From: a virus
Reading direction: 5' to 3' (one strand)
IMG/VR virus record: IMGVR_UViG_3300035047_000215
Length of the DNA stretch: 64,000 nucleotides
The notes beneath the pieces were generated by a model that was not told the origin of the DNA, ran no database searches, and saw only the letters and a list, made by a program, of their open reading frames with translations. The translations under genes were made by a program, and so were the position numbers. The first letter of the stretch is position 1, and each line of letters begins with the position of its first letter. Positions 20,608 through 31,900 of the stretch are shown piece by piece.

Positions 20608-22193
20608 TGGGCGAGATAGCAGAACGATCACAATGGTTTCGAGGGAAAGACCCCATCATGGAAGGGTTTTCCAGGGAAAGACGGGAGATCCTTCGGGTGG
20701 TGGCAGGCCGGGTGGACCATCCCCCCGGGTACCTGATCGATACCATTACCGATGCGGAAATCAAAGCCAAGCGGGCCTTGTCAGACCTGAATTACCAGAT
20801 TATTGCCGAGGCGGTTGACCGGGAAATGGCACAGCAGGGGATCAATTATGACCTTCAGTACCGTGCTGCCACCATCGAATGGGAGGTTGAAAAGGCTGGA
20901 CTGCTGGATGCCCTGACCCGGGAACTGACCGATGCCAAAAAGACCCGGGAGGACCGGGAAAAGGTGCTGGCTGATTTGGCCGTTGAGGTGGGTTTGCGGC
21001 AGGTGGCTTTGATCAACGCAAAGGCCCTTCTGGACAACGAAATGGAGCAGGTCCGCAAAGAAATAGCCGAGGCCCAGGGCCAAACCCTGCCAAAGGAAGT
21101 GGAGCTGGCAAACGCCAGGCTGGCGACTGCACAACGGAAGCTGGACATTATTCCCCATCTCCAGGCCCTTCTTGCGGCACAGGAAGACCTTTTGATTGCG
21201 GAACAGGCCAACATACCGCTGACAGAAGAATTGATAGATGAGCGCATAGCAATGATCCCCATTAAAGAAGACCTGGTGGGATTGAAAGAGCAGCTGATCA
21301 CGGCCCGGGATGCACTGACCGCCCCTAACATGTCTATCGCGGAAAAGAAAAAGATCCTTGCCCAGGCCCGGGTGGATTATGAGACCAGGGCCACGGACAA
21401 GCTGACACCTTCCCTTGAGCTGGTCAGCGCCATGGAATCCTTGAACACGGCCATGCAGGTGTATGTCACAAAGCGGGGTGATCTGGTGGACCCATACCTG
21501 GAAAGAGCCGTCAAGCTGAATGATTTGATTGTGCCCAGGACAGAGTATGCAGAAGAACTTACGGCGACCATCCCCTATATCCAGGAACTGGCCGAGAAAC
21601 GACAGGAGTTGATTGCCCCCAGTCTGGAAAAAGCCGAAGCGCTCGCCACGCTCGCCACCCCGTTGATGGATAAAGCGGAAAAAGCCATGGAGCTTGCCGC
21701 GGCCAGCAATGATATGGCAATGATCGAACACCAAACCAAACAGATTTACCTTGAAATCGAAAACCTGAAGCTGACCGGCATTGATGCGGATCTGGAAGTT
21801 ATGGCAAAGCGGCTGGAGGAAGGTGATTACCAGGAGGCCCTTGTCACGGCAAACGTGATTTTACGGACCCTGCAAGCCACCAACCGGGCAGCATTGGCCC
21901 AAACAGACGCGGTTGATTCGGCTGAATACTTATCCCTGAAGGAATCCGGCCAGAATGCCGTCATTGAGAAAGAAAGGCTGGCCAGTGACACAGAACTGGA
22001 TACCCGGTTCGAGGTCGCTACATCGAGGATTGCCAGCAGGGAGGACAGTGTTAAAACGACCGTTGGCGCAAGGGCCGGCAATGATGGTTCAATCGAGACG
22101 ATTGCAAGGGACCAGGCCCGGGCAAAGAAACGGATCGCTGAAACAAATGCAGCTGCTTCCATCACCAGTAGACTGATTCACACTTTGTCATAA
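20607..22193 (+). CDS. Coiled-coil virion protein (paralogue 1)
   Basis: 528 aa, almost entirely Ala/Glu/Leu/Lys/Gln heptad-like sequence. C-terminus is ..AAASITSRLIHTLS. Confidence 0.65.
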   Translation: MGEIAERSQWFRGKDPIMEGFSRERREILRVVAGRVDHPPGYLIDTITDAEIKAKRALSDLNYQIIAEAVDREMAQQGINYDLQYRAATIEWEVEKAGLLDALTRELTDAKKTREDREKVLADLAVEVGLRQVALINAKALLDNEMEQVRKEIAEAQGQTLPKEVELANARLATAQRKLDIIPHLQALLAAQEDLLIAEQANIPLTEELIDERIAMIPIKEDLVGLKEQLITARDALTAPNMSIAEKKKILAQARVDYETRATDKLTPSLELVSAMESLNTAMQVYVTKRGDLVDPYLERAVKLNDLIVPRTEYAEELTATIPYIQELAEKRQELIAPSLEKAEALATLATPLMDKAEKAMELAAASNDMAMIEHQTKQIYLEIENLKLTGIDADLEVMAKRLEEGDYQEALVTANVILRTLQATNRAALAQTDAVDSAEYLSLKESGQNAVIEKERLASDTELDTRFEVATSRIASREDSVKTTVGARAGNDGSIETIARDQARAKKRIAETNAAASITSRLIHTLS

Positions 22194-22202
22194 AGGGGAC
22201 CC

Positions 22203-23723
22203 ATGCCGATATCATCTATCATAGAAAGGGGCAGACTTCGGGAAAATCGTTTGTGGGCCACGTTCTCACATGACCCGTTTGGCGGGAACAAGGTTGTTCT
22301 TTTCGGTCTATATTCAACGTCGTATCTCCACGGATATGCCTACCTGGTTGAAATTTCCGAAGAACGGCTGGTTCAGATTGTCGCAGACTATGACTCCAAA
22401 ATGGCCCAGCTGACCGCAGATGAACAGATCCTTGTGATGGACCTTGCCACCAAGCGGTATATCGAGACCGTGGAACAGCAGATCCATGACCAGCAGATGG
22501 AAACCAAACGGTCAGAGATCGATGCCAAAGACGCCGAGTTTGATGCAAAGTTTGATGCCCTGGAGTCTGACCGGCTGGCAATCCTCACCAAGCGGGAACA
22601 GCTGGCCCAGGCCATCCAGAAAGCACAGTCTCAAATTCAGATCCTGGAAGCCAAGATAGCAGAAGAAGAAATTTCCAGTGAATATGTGGACGTGGAGATA
22701 GCCAAAAAAGAGCTGGAGGCAGCACAGGCACAGCTGAGGGTCCTTGAGGCCGGTGTCCGTGGTTTGCAAATCCAGTATGATATCGCCAATACCGCCGTGC
22801 AAAAAACCGAACTGGAAGCGGAGAAGCATGAAACCAAACAAAAATTGGATCTGGTGCCGGCCGCATTGGAAGAACTGAACGCCACAATAAAGAATCTGGA
22901 AGCGGATAAGATCCGGACGGATGCGGCCAAGGAAATGATTGATGTGGACATAACCGAATTGGAGATCCGGAAAACCAAAGCGGAGATCGATGAAGAATCC
23001 CGCGGCGTGGACACGGCCCTTTTGGATGTGGATATCGCAAAGGCATATCTTGATAAAGCCATGGTGGACGTTGAGATTGTGGAAACACAAGCCCGCACGG
23101 CCCGGGAGATCGCCAAAAGGATCGGGCTGGAAACAGACACGGCCATGGTCGAGGTGCAGTTGGCCCAGATACAGCTGGACGTTGACCGGATCGCCGTGCA
23201 GCTGAAAGAGATTGAAGCGGACATCGCCACTATGGACGCCCGCCTGTTGAGAAAAGATTTGCTGGAACTGGAGCAGGATATCACCGAAGTGCGCAAATCA
23301 AACATGGAATATGAAATTCCGGAAAAGAGAGACGCCCAGATTGCGGCTATCGAAAAACAGATTGAAGTGCTCCAGTACAAGATCGATGCGGAAGAAGCCT
23401 TCCTATCCCTTGAGGACACTCACCAGGCCAGCCGGGAAACCCTGCAACAAACACAGCATGACCATCGCATGACAATGACCGCCCTGGAAGATGATTACCG
23501 GTTACACCGGGCACAGGTCAAACTTGAATCGTTTGCAAAAGACATCCTGTTGGCCGAAGTGGAAAGGCTTTCTCAGGCGGTACAGGACCAGGAACAGATC
23601 AAGGTCCCTGAATCTCAGGTCCAGGCATCATACAAGAACACAAGCGCGGCAGAAGACGCGGCGGAGATCATGGCTTCCGCCAATATCGTTAACACCCTGA
23701 CACATGTGATCGGGTCAAGCTGA
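22203..23723 (+). CDS. Coiled-coil virion protein (paralogue 2)
   Basis: 506 aa with the same composition. C-terminus is ..MASANIVNTLTHVIGSS. Confidence 0.65.
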   Translation: MPISSIIERGRLRENRLWATFSHDPFGGNKVVLFGLYSTSYLHGYAYLVEISEERLVQIVADYDSKMAQLTADEQILVMDLATKRYIETVEQQIHDQQMETKRSEIDAKDAEFDAKFDALESDRLAILTKREQLAQAIQKAQSQIQILEAKIAEEEISSEYVDVEIAKKELEAAQAQLRVLEAGVRGLQIQYDIANTAVQKTELEAEKHETKQKLDLVPAALEELNATIKNLEADKIRTDAAKEMIDVDITELEIRKTKAEIDEESRGVDTALLDVDIAKAYLDKAMVDVEIVETQARTAREIAKRIGLETDTAMVEVQLAQIQLDVDRIAVQLKEIEADIATMDARLLRKDLLELEQDITEVRKSNMEYEIPEKRDAQIAAIEKQIEVLQYKIDAEEAFLSLEDTHQASRETLQQTQHDHRMTMTALEDDYRLHRAQVKLESFAKDILLAEVERLSQAVQDQEQIKVPESQVQASYKNTSAAEDAAEIMASANIVNTLTHVIGSS

Positions 23724-25093
23724 TGAACAAATGGACAAAAGCCATAGAAGGCCCGGCCATCGATACCCTGAAAGAAGGGCAGATGTCCGGGGCCTTGTCT
23801 GCCAGAATCGGGCAGCTGTATGACCTGGTGAATGAAGACGGGTACCAGAGCCATGCACCCATATCCATTGACCCGGGTGACATTGCTTTCCTGGGCGAGG
23901 ACGGCGGGGGTCTTTCCCTGAGCCTGCCCATTGCTTACGACGTTTGGTATCTGTGGCATACGGTGAACGTGCTGCCGGATAATGCCAAGCTGGATGTCGA
24001 ACCCATGTTTGGGAATCGACCATGCCCGGCCCTTTTGAGGACTGTTCATAAAAATGAGCTGTCAGACATGGACCTGCCCACGCTGGAGTTTTTCCGGGAA
24101 AGGGGCATCCCTTATTTAAAAGAAATGCGGTATGAAACCCTTTTGATGGACAAATCCCCGTTTTATGTATCCGGGGGACCTAGCTGGATCAACTCCACGG
24201 AAATCGATCATACGGGTGAAGGGATCGGGGATGTATATGCCGGATACCTTGCTTTCCCGGTTGGCCCCCTGGGCGTGATGCGGGTGCAGGCGGTTGTCAG
24301 TGAAAGCCTGTTGTCCGGTAATCAGCCGGCAGACAACTCCGAGGATCCATTGCCCGGTGAGCAGCTTATCCCCCCGATGACAGAACAATCCAATGATTGC
24401 ATGGGCCGCAACCTGGTGGAATCCACATATAATGTTGTGGACCCGGATACGGAATACCCGGCGGATGACATGTACGGGACTGAGGAAGTATTGCCTCATT
24501 ACTGGATGCGGCATTGGCTGAGAAAAGACGGCCAGTTCCCGGTACCCGGGGAGCTGGTGTGTCTCCTGTGCAAAGCCCAGAGCGTACCGCCTCATTGCTG
24601 GTGGTACCAGGAAACAAACCCGTTCCTTTATTCCGGAAACTTCTTTGAAACCGAGTATTACACTTCAGGCATTGTGCTGGCCGTCATCGAGGACACTGGC
24701 ACCGAGGACGATGCAGGCGGGCGGATATTTAAGGCCACGGCCGTGTCAGAGCTGGAACAAAGAACCGGCCATGGGGAATACCAGGTCCAACTGGATGATG
24801 AGTTCACCTGGGAAGAAATTGGGACCGTCTATAAGGTCCGGGTGAAGAACCAGGATCTGTATTTAAGGGCTTCCGATTTTGCAGAATATGAGATCGATAC
24901 CCGGGTGGCTATCAGGAAGGCACCCGGCCGGCGGAACGAAAACTTTATGTGGCATAGCCTTGAGCCGGGCCGGCTGGTACCTGGTGAATCCGTTTTGGAG
25001 AAAATGGCTTATGACGGCCAGATGTCTGGCCTGCTTTTTCAAATCAATGTAGAATGGGTAATCGTCCCTATCACGTTTTATGCAGGAGAATAA
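23723..25093 (+). CDS. Hypothetical virion protein
   Basis: 456 aa with a TGATG overlap. Confidence 0.6.
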   Translation: MNKWTKAIEGPAIDTLKEGQMSGALSARIGQLYDLVNEDGYQSHAPISIDPGDIAFLGEDGGGLSLSLPIAYDVWYLWHTVNVLPDNAKLDVEPMFGNRPCPALLRTVHKNELSDMDLPTLEFFRERGIPYLKEMRYETLLMDKSPFYVSGGPSWINSTEIDHTGEGIGDVYAGYLAFPVGPLGVMRVQAVVSESLLSGNQPADNSEDPLPGEQLIPPMTEQSNDCMGRNLVESTYNVVDPDTEYPADDMYGTEEVLPHYWMRHWLRKDGQFPVPGELVCLLCKAQSVPPHCWWYQETNPFLYSGNFFETEYYTSGIVLAVIEDTGTEDDAGGRIFKATAVSELEQRTGHGEYQVQLDDEFTWEEIGTVYKVRVKNQDLYLRASDFAEYEIDTRVAIRKAPGRRNENFMWHSLEPGRLVPGESVLEKMAYDGQMSGLLFQINVEWVIVPITFYAGE

Positions 25094-25096
25094 AAA

Positions 25097-25984
25097 ATGA
25101 GTCTCGACTTAACCATGCGCCGGGCATTTGATCTGCTTGAGGACAACCTCCGGCAAAAACAGAAAAACTATCACACCACGATGCGTTCAAATGAAACAAT
25201 GGAACAGCTTCGGCAGGACACCATGCTGGAAAAACAGCGCCTGGCCAACCAGGGGCAGCTGGCCGTGACGGATCGCCAGCAAATTGGGGAGACCCGACGA
25301 ACCGGAATGACTCAGGAAGGGCAGCTGGCCCAGCAACGGGCAGCGAACGCCGGCGCCAGGGATGTGGCAAATATCAGGGGAGGATTCTCCCTTGATCAGC
25401 AGAGACTTGTCAACCAGGGAGATATGGCCGTGACCAACCGCAGGGAAGAAGGTGCCACCAACCGGGCCAACATCCAGGTGGGCGGGCAAAGATACGTTGC
25501 CGACTTGCAGGACAGACAGGCCACGAACCGGTTGGGACTGGATCAAACCATTGCGGGCAACGAACACCTGGTTAATCAATACAGTGCGATCAGGGACGGC
25601 GGCGGCAACATGCTGGGAGAAGGTGGTAATTCGTTTGCACAGGGATATGCTGACATGCAGCAGCTGGCATTTACACCGGATGCACGTCAGCGGCTGAGAG
25701 ACAGGGTGGTGAAACAGACTCAGACGGCAACGGCGGAGACCCCCGCATCATCGAAAAAAACAACCCCGGAAGCCAAGAGACGAACCACGACCAATGATAC
25801 GGATAACAAAAAGAAGACCACGCCGGCCACGTCAAAAACAGGCGCCAGCGACCCCAGCAAGAAACAAAGCCAGATCTTAATTGACCGAGCCAAAAGAGAA
25901 GTCATGCCCCGGCCCCGGCCCTTGGCCATGGACGAGGATCACAACATTGGCAGGTTCCCGATTAGAAAACGACCCCAATATTAA
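25097..25984 (+). CDS. Gln/Asn/Arg-rich protein with basic Lys/Thr-rich tail (possible internal/DNA-associated protein)
   Basis: 295 aa. Degenerate repeats (RLANQGQLAVTDRQ / RLVNQGDMAVTNRR) and a C-terminal ..KKTTPEAKRRTTTNDTDNKKKTTPATSK.. segment. Confidence 0.6.
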   Translation: MSLDLTMRRAFDLLEDNLRQKQKNYHTTMRSNETMEQLRQDTMLEKQRLANQGQLAVTDRQQIGETRRTGMTQEGQLAQQRAANAGARDVANIRGGFSLDQQRLVNQGDMAVTNRREEGATNRANIQVGGQRYVADLQDRQATNRLGLDQTIAGNEHLVNQYSAIRDGGGNMLGEGGNSFAQGYADMQQLAFTPDARQRLRDRVVKQTQTATAETPASSKKTTPEAKRRTTTNDTDNKKKTTPATSKTGASDPSKKQSQILIDRAKREVMPRPRPLAMDEDHNIGRFPIRKRPQY

Positions 25985-25995
25985 AGGTGCAACGA

Positions 25996-28900
25996 ATGGG
26001 ATTTCCAAGCAAGATAGATGCTGACTGGGTAGATAACCTGACCGATGAGGAAGCGGACAAGATCCATAAAAAATCATGGGAAACCGACCCGGAATACCGG
26101 AAAATGTTTGAAGATGATCCGGACATCCCGGACCCGTCCATTTATGCGCCCAAGCCCCCGCCCGAACCGCCAAAAGGGCGGACCGTCGGCGGGACCCTGA
26201 AAGATGTCGCCATATCCGGAGCCAAAAGCATTATCAGTACCGGTGAGATGGTTCCCGGGTTACTCGACATTCCCACAGGCGGACGTGTCAGCAAAGCCAT
26301 GGAAGACCATTTGGGGTATGATCCCCAGGGGACCAAAGACTGGCTGAGTTCCCATTATTCCGATGCCCAGAAGCGGGCCAATCAGAAGCTGGCAGAGGCA
26401 GAGGGTTTCTGGGGTACCGTCAAAACAGCATTGCAGAACCCGAGCACCATCGGCCATGCGGCCGTTGAATCCCTTCCGCTGATGTTTGCAGGCGGCGCCA
26501 TCGGGCGTGGCGGTGTAAAGGTGCTGAATAGATATGGCCCTAAAATCTGGGTGAATGCCAGCACCAAAATGAAAATGGCCCTGGCTGCCGGCGCAGGAGA
26601 GGGCGCGGTAATTTCCGGGCTATCTGCTTCTGAGATCCGGCAGGAAACCGAAGATGGTTATCTGTCTTTGGGCCAGTCAGCCGCGGCCGTCGCTTCCGGT
26701 TTGCTGGGTGGTGCCATTGGTTTCGCCGGTGGCCGGGTGGCGCAGAAACTGGGTATTGCGGACCCTGACACCATGCTTGTGGGGTTGAGCAATGACCTGA
26801 GACCCCAGCATATTGCCAAACGGATTATCACCGGTGGGATCACCGAGGGCGTGTTTGAAGAACTGCCCCAGGAGTCCCAGGAAGCGATATGGGTCAATGC
26901 GGCCCTTGGCAGGCCCTTAATGGAAGGTGTGGCCGAATCAGGGGCAATGGGTATGCTGGCGGGTGGATTGATGGGAGCCGGCACACAGCTGAAGCCAGGG
27001 CGGCAGGAACAGGCCCCGCCCGATCCCCGGCGCAGAGTCCTGGCCGAGGCGACCCACAACCCGGATAATCCCAGCCTTGCTATCGGAGCTGCCACGACCG
27101 GCATGACCACGGTTCAGGCTTCATCTGTCACCAGACGGTTGAATGATCTTGAGGATCCGGGCGCACGGGAAAAGGCCGTGGATGAAATCGAAAAGGCCCT
27201 TGTCAAAGCCGCTCCCACCCCGGAAGAAGGGAAGCGCCGGGCCAAAGCCTTTGCAGGGTATGCCCTGGGCAAGATCGATGCCGGGGAAGAAATCGAGATC
27301 GATGCGGACCTGGTAGAGTACGCTTCACTGGACCCGGTAGCCAAAAACGAATATGCCAAAGATACCATGTTGGGCGCTGCCGAGGAAACCATCCAGACCC
27401 TGGAAAAGAAAATCGGCAACCTGGAGAAAATCAAGAAGCCGACGCCGGAGATGCAGGCAAACCTTGAGCAGTTCAAAGCGGATCTGGACGTGGCCATGCA
27501 GTCATATGACGCATTGTCCGCAGCGGACCCGGCCCAGGAGGCAGCAGAAGAAACAGCCACGGAAACGGATGCCAAGCCAGATGAAAAATCCGACCAGGCC
27601 CCGGCCATGGAAGACAGTGAAGCGGCCGACCTTTATACGGACGAGGAACTGGATAAGGTAGCCGGCCCGGACATCACCCCCGACGACGTTCAGGAATTTC
27701 TCAGCTACGGCGTGACCGAGGAAGAAGTCGCGGCCATGGACACAGAGACGGCCAAGCAGACGCTGTTTGATCTGAGGACCCAGGCGGAGAATCTGGCAAT
27801 CCAGGAGGCCGAATGGGGGAACAGGGATGCCGGAGTGCCGGAGACCGACGAGGCCGGCACCAGAGATCAAATGGCATGGAAGAATCGGAAAACCGATATC
27901 CCGGAAACGGATGAAGGCGCCAACCGGGATTATTACCAGATCGAGCAGGACATTAAGGGGCAGCGGGAAAAGGCAAAGGTTGACAATAATCTTGAAAAAG
28001 TAACGAATGATTCTGATAAGGTTGACAATCCTCCACTTAAAGACACCGATTCCGCTGACATGGATGAGGCAACCCTTCGGCAAACCCTGGACGGGGGGCA
28101 GACGGTCCCTGAGTCAGTGCTTGACAATCACCCGGATCTGAAAAAGGAGTATTATGATAAGGTCACGAACAACGAGCTTGACATGGTACTTACCGGGGAT
28201 GGAAAGATCGGGTTCAAGGAAATGGATCCGGGGTATATCCCTCAAGATGTCGGAAAAAACAAGGACGGAGAAAAAATCTTTACCCGTCCAGTAGAGCCGG
28301 GCAAGCGATACGTTGATGATTCAAATGGCAACCAAAGCGGCACAACCGGCACACCGGAACAGCTGTTCAAGGAAGGCAAGACTCGTTTCCTGACGGATGA
28401 GGAAATCCAGAAGTTTACAGCAGAAAGCCTCCAACCCGGCCAGACCGTCACCTGGAAAAACAAAAAGGGCAAGGAGTTCACCGGGACCCTGAACAAGCAG
28501 CAGGGGAAAAACTGGCACATCACCCTGGATAACGGTAACAACTCCATCATGCCGGGAACACAGCTGTCACCTGTTGAGTCAGAGCAGAAGACCCACGACG
28601 ACAAGGATATCGAGATCGATGGCGATACCGTATCCGTGGACATGCCGGCAGCTGAAGAAAAGACCCTGAAGCCGGCGGAACAGAAAAAGTACCTGATGGA
28701 TGAGATCGATGCGGCCATCAAGAAAGCCCCGGATTCAAAAGAGCGGCCAACCAGTGGGGGAAACGATGCCTCAATGGATTTCAGGTACAACAAACTGAAT
28801 TTCGGTTATATCACCATCGAGGTGCCCAATGATGGTGAATATAATGTATTGAACACCAAGACCGCCCTGGCTGAGTTTAAGAAGCGGGCCAAGAGATTTC

Positions 28901-31900
28901 CGGCCAAAGAATTTGAACAAACGAATCCAATGCCAAAACCTGCCGGAACCAGGCCGACGAACACCAGGGTAACCGGGTTTGCCGGTGACTATATCCGAGA
29001 ATACGCCCCAAAACGGTCAACAAAGGTGCCGGATCCGCCTGCCCGTGGTGGGAAATACTATCAACAGGATGGTTGGTTCTCGAATGGCGTGACGGCTGTC
29101 AAGGCTACTCCAAAGAACCTTAGCAAACAGTATCCCAAAGAAGCCTTCCCGGATGGCGGCCTTGAAAAACTTATCAATGACGGTCAGACAGACAACCATG
29201 AGGTGACAGCCGTAACAGAGCTGTATGAAAGCCCGGATGCTGATATCCAGACCCTTAAGGCGGTTGTGTTTGCAGAAGACGCACCACCAAATAAGAACAC
29301 GGCTGTGTTTGATCCCCGGCAACTTGATCTGGTTTTTAGGTTTTTCCCGGATGCCAAAATGAGCATCAAGTTCGGGGAATCCTCCGCAGGCGAATATGGC
29401 ATTTTGTTTTTCAAGGACAAGGGCCAGGTGGTTGGGGTTGTTCAGTCCCATTACACCAAACGGGAAACAGACAGCCACATCAAAAGGGCCCTATCGGAAA
29501 TACAGCGAAAGCGCGACGTTGAGAAAGAGAAGCAGGCCCGACCGAGCGAGACGGCAGACCCTGTAGCCGACCGGCTGAAGCGGGCCAAAGAGGAACTGCC
29601 GACAGGCTACTACATTCAGAGGGAAAGGGGGTCTGACGGGAGCGCGGTTTTTTCATTAATGAAAGACGGGCGATACGTTGTCAATGGCCTGAATCATTCT
29701 GTCAATGGGATCGATGAGGCTGTCCGGCAGGCCAAGTCCCGGGTGAAGAAAACAGAACCCGTCACCCCTGCATCCGTAGCCTATGGCCACCTCAAAGCCG
29801 GCAAAGGCTTCAAGAACATCACCGAAGCCCGCAAGGTCATCGGGGAGGCGACCGGCCAGGAGATAAAACCCGGCACCACTGAAGCAAAGCAGATGGATGA
29901 AGTGATTGAAGTGGTGGCGGTTAGGGTCGCCCGGGAGATAGTGGCAGAGGGCAAATCTCCGCAGGAAACATTTGATGCCCTGGTGGACCTTCAGGACCGG
30001 ATGCCGAATCTGTCCGTCAGAACATCCACATCGATGCGGAACCAGGCATATTCGACGCCATTGCCTTTGGCATATGTTGCATCATTGCGGGCCGGTATCA
30101 CCGGGAAAACAAGCGTTTTCGAGCCCTCAGCTGGCAACGGGGCCTTGTTGATCGGGGCCAACCCCAAAAAGGTCATTGCCAATGAAATTGATCCGTCCCG
30201 TGTGTTAAATCTTCAGTACCAGGGCTTTGGCAAAGTCATGCAAGAAGACGGGTCCGCCTTTACGGTTTCCATGATGGATGACAGGGTGGATGTTGTCGTT
30301 GGCAACCCGCCTTTTGGCACTGTGAAAGATGATCGTGGAAATTCCAGAAGATGGACAATCACGCACGAATACGAAACCACACAGATCGATCATGCCATGG
30401 TCTTCAACGCCCTGGAGCAAATGAAGCCCGACGGCCGGGCCGTGTTTATCATCGGCAGCGTGAAGGACCAGAACACAGAAGAACGTGCCCGGATGAACCT
30501 TTACCGGAATCCGACCAAGGTGCAGTTCTTCAAGCACCTCATGGACAACTATAATGTCGTTGACCTGTTTTCTGTATCTGGTAAACTATACTCTAAACAG
30601 GGTGCCAAATGGCCGGTCGATGTCATTGTCATAGATGGTTCAGGCAAATCTGCCATGACACTCCCCGGGGCAAAGCCGCCCCCGTATATCAGCACACTGG
30701 AACAATTAAAGGAGAAACTTGATGGCACAAGAACTGATAGCCTGGATGCCGACGGAACACGAGGACCTGGAGACAGCACAGTACCTGCTGGCGATTCAGA
30801 TACCCAAGGGACGGGTATTGGACAGAACGATGTTCATGAACAACTGGGGGTGGGGACTCCAGTCGATGGCGGAACGGTCCGGGAACCTGGAGGAAGTGAC
30901 GGAACATCTGGCGTCGAAGCTGGAGAGCCTGGGACTGCTTCCGGAGGGGGTGGACGCGGAAAGTCTGGAACAGATGTTGGATCCGGACACCAACCCACGG
31001 ATAGCGGATCTACTGAGAGCGTGGGGGATAGCGGACATGGTACCCAACAAGCCGCTGACGGAGATAAACAAAGAGGCGGAAAAACTGATACAGGAAAGGG
31101 ACAGCAGCACCTGGGTGGACAGTCTCCGGTATCCATAGATCAGGAGCTTGCCAATACATCTGAAGCAGACCTGGATGCCATGCTTGATGAAGCATTCGGG
31201 GAAGACATCACCGTACCACAGGATATTTCCGAAGAACTTCAGAACATGTCAGAGGATGAAATCGATAGCCTCATCGATGACGTGTTTGATGCACCTGCCA
31301 AAACCGCCAAAACCAAAATCCCGGATGAAAAACCGGACAGGGGCCGGCGATCCACGGACGTGGGCCTTCAATCCACCAGGGCGAAGAACGAAGAAGCAAT
31401 AGAGCGGTATTTGAAGAACTGGGCCAGACGTGAAGCCCGGAAAAACAAACCCCCGAAACGGCCGCCCAAAAATCCCCCAAAGGATCCGAAAGACAATCTG
31501 GAAGATATCGCGCTGGAAAGCCTGGAAGGTGTCAAGGATGCAGTCTCCGGACTGAGCGCCCTGTTCACCCCGCGCAACACCCTTTCTTCCGGGTTCATAT
31601 TCAACGAAGAAACATACAAGGCCGCAAAGCCTTATTTTGTCAGCGCCTGGAATCATGCCAAGGCTGCCGGCCATTCCTTGAAACAACTTATTCAGCACCT
31701 GGCCACCCAGTTTGGCGCAGAAATAAAGCCGTATCTGAAACGGTTTTTCGTTGACCAGACCGCAGCAGAAAAAAACAAGGACAAAAAACCGCCCGAGCCC
31801 AAAGAGGAAAAGGCGGATCCAGAGACCCAGGTTGCATATACCCCTGCCAGCAAATCCACAGCTATCGGCACCCTTATGCCGAAGAATATGGCTGAATCCA

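Noticed and set aside
20781-23419. Long minus-strand and alternative-frame ORFs (317, 260, 192, 167 aa) inside the two coiled-coil genes
   Set aside because: The biased, repetitive codon content of coiled-coil genes suppresses stops in other frames. The translations are low-complexity (Phe/Leu/Gln/Ser runs) with no start context.
20607-23723. Calling the coiled-coil proteins a tape measure
   Set aside because: There are two separate ~500-aa genes without the hydrophobic/Gly-rich segments or the upstream frameshifted chaperone pair typical of tape-measure loci. No tube gene was recognised.
25987-25995. GTG at 25987 as the start of the giant ORF
   Set aside because: It is only 2 nt after the upstream stop and lies inside the best RBS (AAGGTG) for ATG 25996. 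Either way the protein differs by only three residues.
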